Virus record (IMG/VR): IMGVR_UViG_2936381700_000001
Location: 5,047 to 69,046 of that record
Length of the DNA stretch: 64,000 nucleotides
Source: a virus
Taxonomy: Duplodnaviria > Caudoviricetes
Strand: one strand, 5' to 3'
Below, piece after piece: positions 62,879 to 64,000 of this stretch (its first letter is position 1; the number at the start of each line of letters is the position of its first letter). A program made the position numbers and the translations under genes. The notes under the pieces are model-generated. The model did not search any database, was not told the origin of the DNA, and saw only the letters and a program-made list of their open reading frames with translations.

Positions 62879-63178
62879 GCAGCGTTGCAGCGGTCTCGCG
62901 AAGTTTGCGGGTCGCCAATAGAAATGACCTCAAAGGGCCGCTGGGCGACGAAGCTTTTCCGGATAGGGCCAATAGGCATAAGGTCATTGGCTGCTTTGCG
63001 CCGACTATGGCCAGTCTGCCGACCCAATGGTCTCCAATATGGGAGACAGGTCCAACCCAGAGCGACCATCCCTGGCCGTTCCCCCCGCACCTTACGAAAA
63101 TGTATAATCCGGGCGAGGTCCCCGTGAGATTTGCGGCGCAGGCTTGGCGCAGTCATTGCCAAGTCGAGGCCAGTTTTC

Positions 63179-64000
63179 ATGAATATGCGTGCCACACCTG
63201 CCGCCCTTATGCCGGCGATCCATCCGGTCAGCCTGCGGCTCGATACCTATCTGATCAATCTCGACCGGGCGCCGTTGCGCCGGTTTCGCATGGAGCGGCT
63301 GCTGACGGATTTCGGCCTTGCCTTCGAGCGGGTGGCGGCGGTCGATGGCGCGGGGCTGAGCCTGCCGCATCCGGGCTTCGACGAGGCGGCCTATCTCAGC
63401 CGGCACGGCCGCCGGCCGAACCCTTTCGAGATCGGCTGTTATCTGAGCCACGTCGAATGCGCCAGACGCTTCCTGGCCGGCAATGCCGAATTCGCGCTCA
63501 TTCTGGAAGACGATCTCGACTTCGATAACGATCTGGCCGAGCTGCTCGACGCCGCCCTCGATCACCATGAGCGCTGGGACATCCTGCGGCTCTCCACCGT
63601 CAATTCCGGGAAAAAGCACAGGGTGGAGACGCTGACGGCGTCGCGCTCGCTGGCCATCGCGCTGACTCGCGAGAAGGGGTCCGGCGCCTATCTCATCAAC
63701 CGCAAGGCGGCAGGATGGATCACCGGCGCGCTTCTGCCCATGCGTTTGCCCTATGATCTCGCCTTCGATCTGGAGTTCGATGCGGGGCTGAACGCCTGTT
63801 TCGTCGATCCGCTGCCGGTCAGCCAGAGGGCGGATTGTCATTCTCAGATCCAGTCAGGCCTGTCGGCCTACCGGCTTGGCCGCCGCCGGCCCTGGAGCGT
63901 GCTGCCCTATCGCACGGCGGCCGAGATGCGCCGGTTTACCCGCCGCTTCCGCCGTCTCGCCGCGTGGCGGATGAGCGGTGGGGACCGCTCCTCGGAATGA
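63179..64000 (+). CDS. Glycosyltransferase family 25 (LPS biosynthesis type)
   Basis: YLINLDRAPLRR, VAAVDG, EIGCYLSH, LILEDD, GSGAYLINR; start uncertain. Confidence 0.9.
   Translation: MNMRATPAALMPAIHPVSLRLDTYLINLDRAPLRRFRMERLLTDFGLAFERVAAVDGAGLSLPHPGFDEAAYLSRHGRRPNPFEIGCYLSHVECARRFLAGNAEFALILEDDLDFDNDLAELLDAALDHHERWDILRLSTVNSGKKHRVETLTASRSLAIALTREKGSGAYLINRKAAGWITGALLPMRLPYDLAFDLEFDAGLNACFVDPLPVSQRADCHSQIQSGLSAYRLGRRRPWSVLPYRTAAEMRRFTRRFRRLAAWRMSGGDRSSE

Noticed and set aside
1-64000. CRISPR array, IS transposase, integrase, rRNA
   Set aside because: No regularly spaced repeat-spacer array and no DDE/tyrosine recombinase or rRNA signature was seen; the repeats found are iterons, operators, arm sites and REPs

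Overview
High-GC DNA, most likely from a Rhizobium/Rhizobiaceae chromosome (inferred from gene content). Bases 1-54575 are the right-hand ~54.6 kb of an apparently intact temperate siphovirus prophage; its integrase and left end lie outside the window. Its order is: leftward early operon; cI/cro switch with readable operators; rightward early operon with two tandem CtrA-like winged-helix proteins, three DNA methyltransferases, an antisense hicAB cassette and a replication initiator with iterons; NusG paralog; HK97-type head; lambda-like tail with a -1 frameshift chaperone; tail fibre; a SAM-methyltransferase moron; GH19 lysis cassette; SGNH hydrolase; a structured non-coding stretch; Zn-ribbon genes and an ATP-dependent ligase. 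It ends at a duplicated 3' fragment of tRNA-Pro(CGG) (attR). Next come vapBC, a DUF982 gene and a second, compact phage-derived module (55755-60532). That module has a repressor, five operators, replication-like genes, a GcrA-like and a LuxR-HTH gene, but no virion genes. The window ends in host DNA: two REP/RIME-like repeats, a nucleoside deaminase, two exported proteins and a GT25 glycosyltransferase. The strongest novelty candidates are the coiled-coil/CtrA-like pair, the surface-polysaccharide-type methyltransferase moron and the apparently domesticated second switch. All family calls come from motifs read by eye; no database searches were run.
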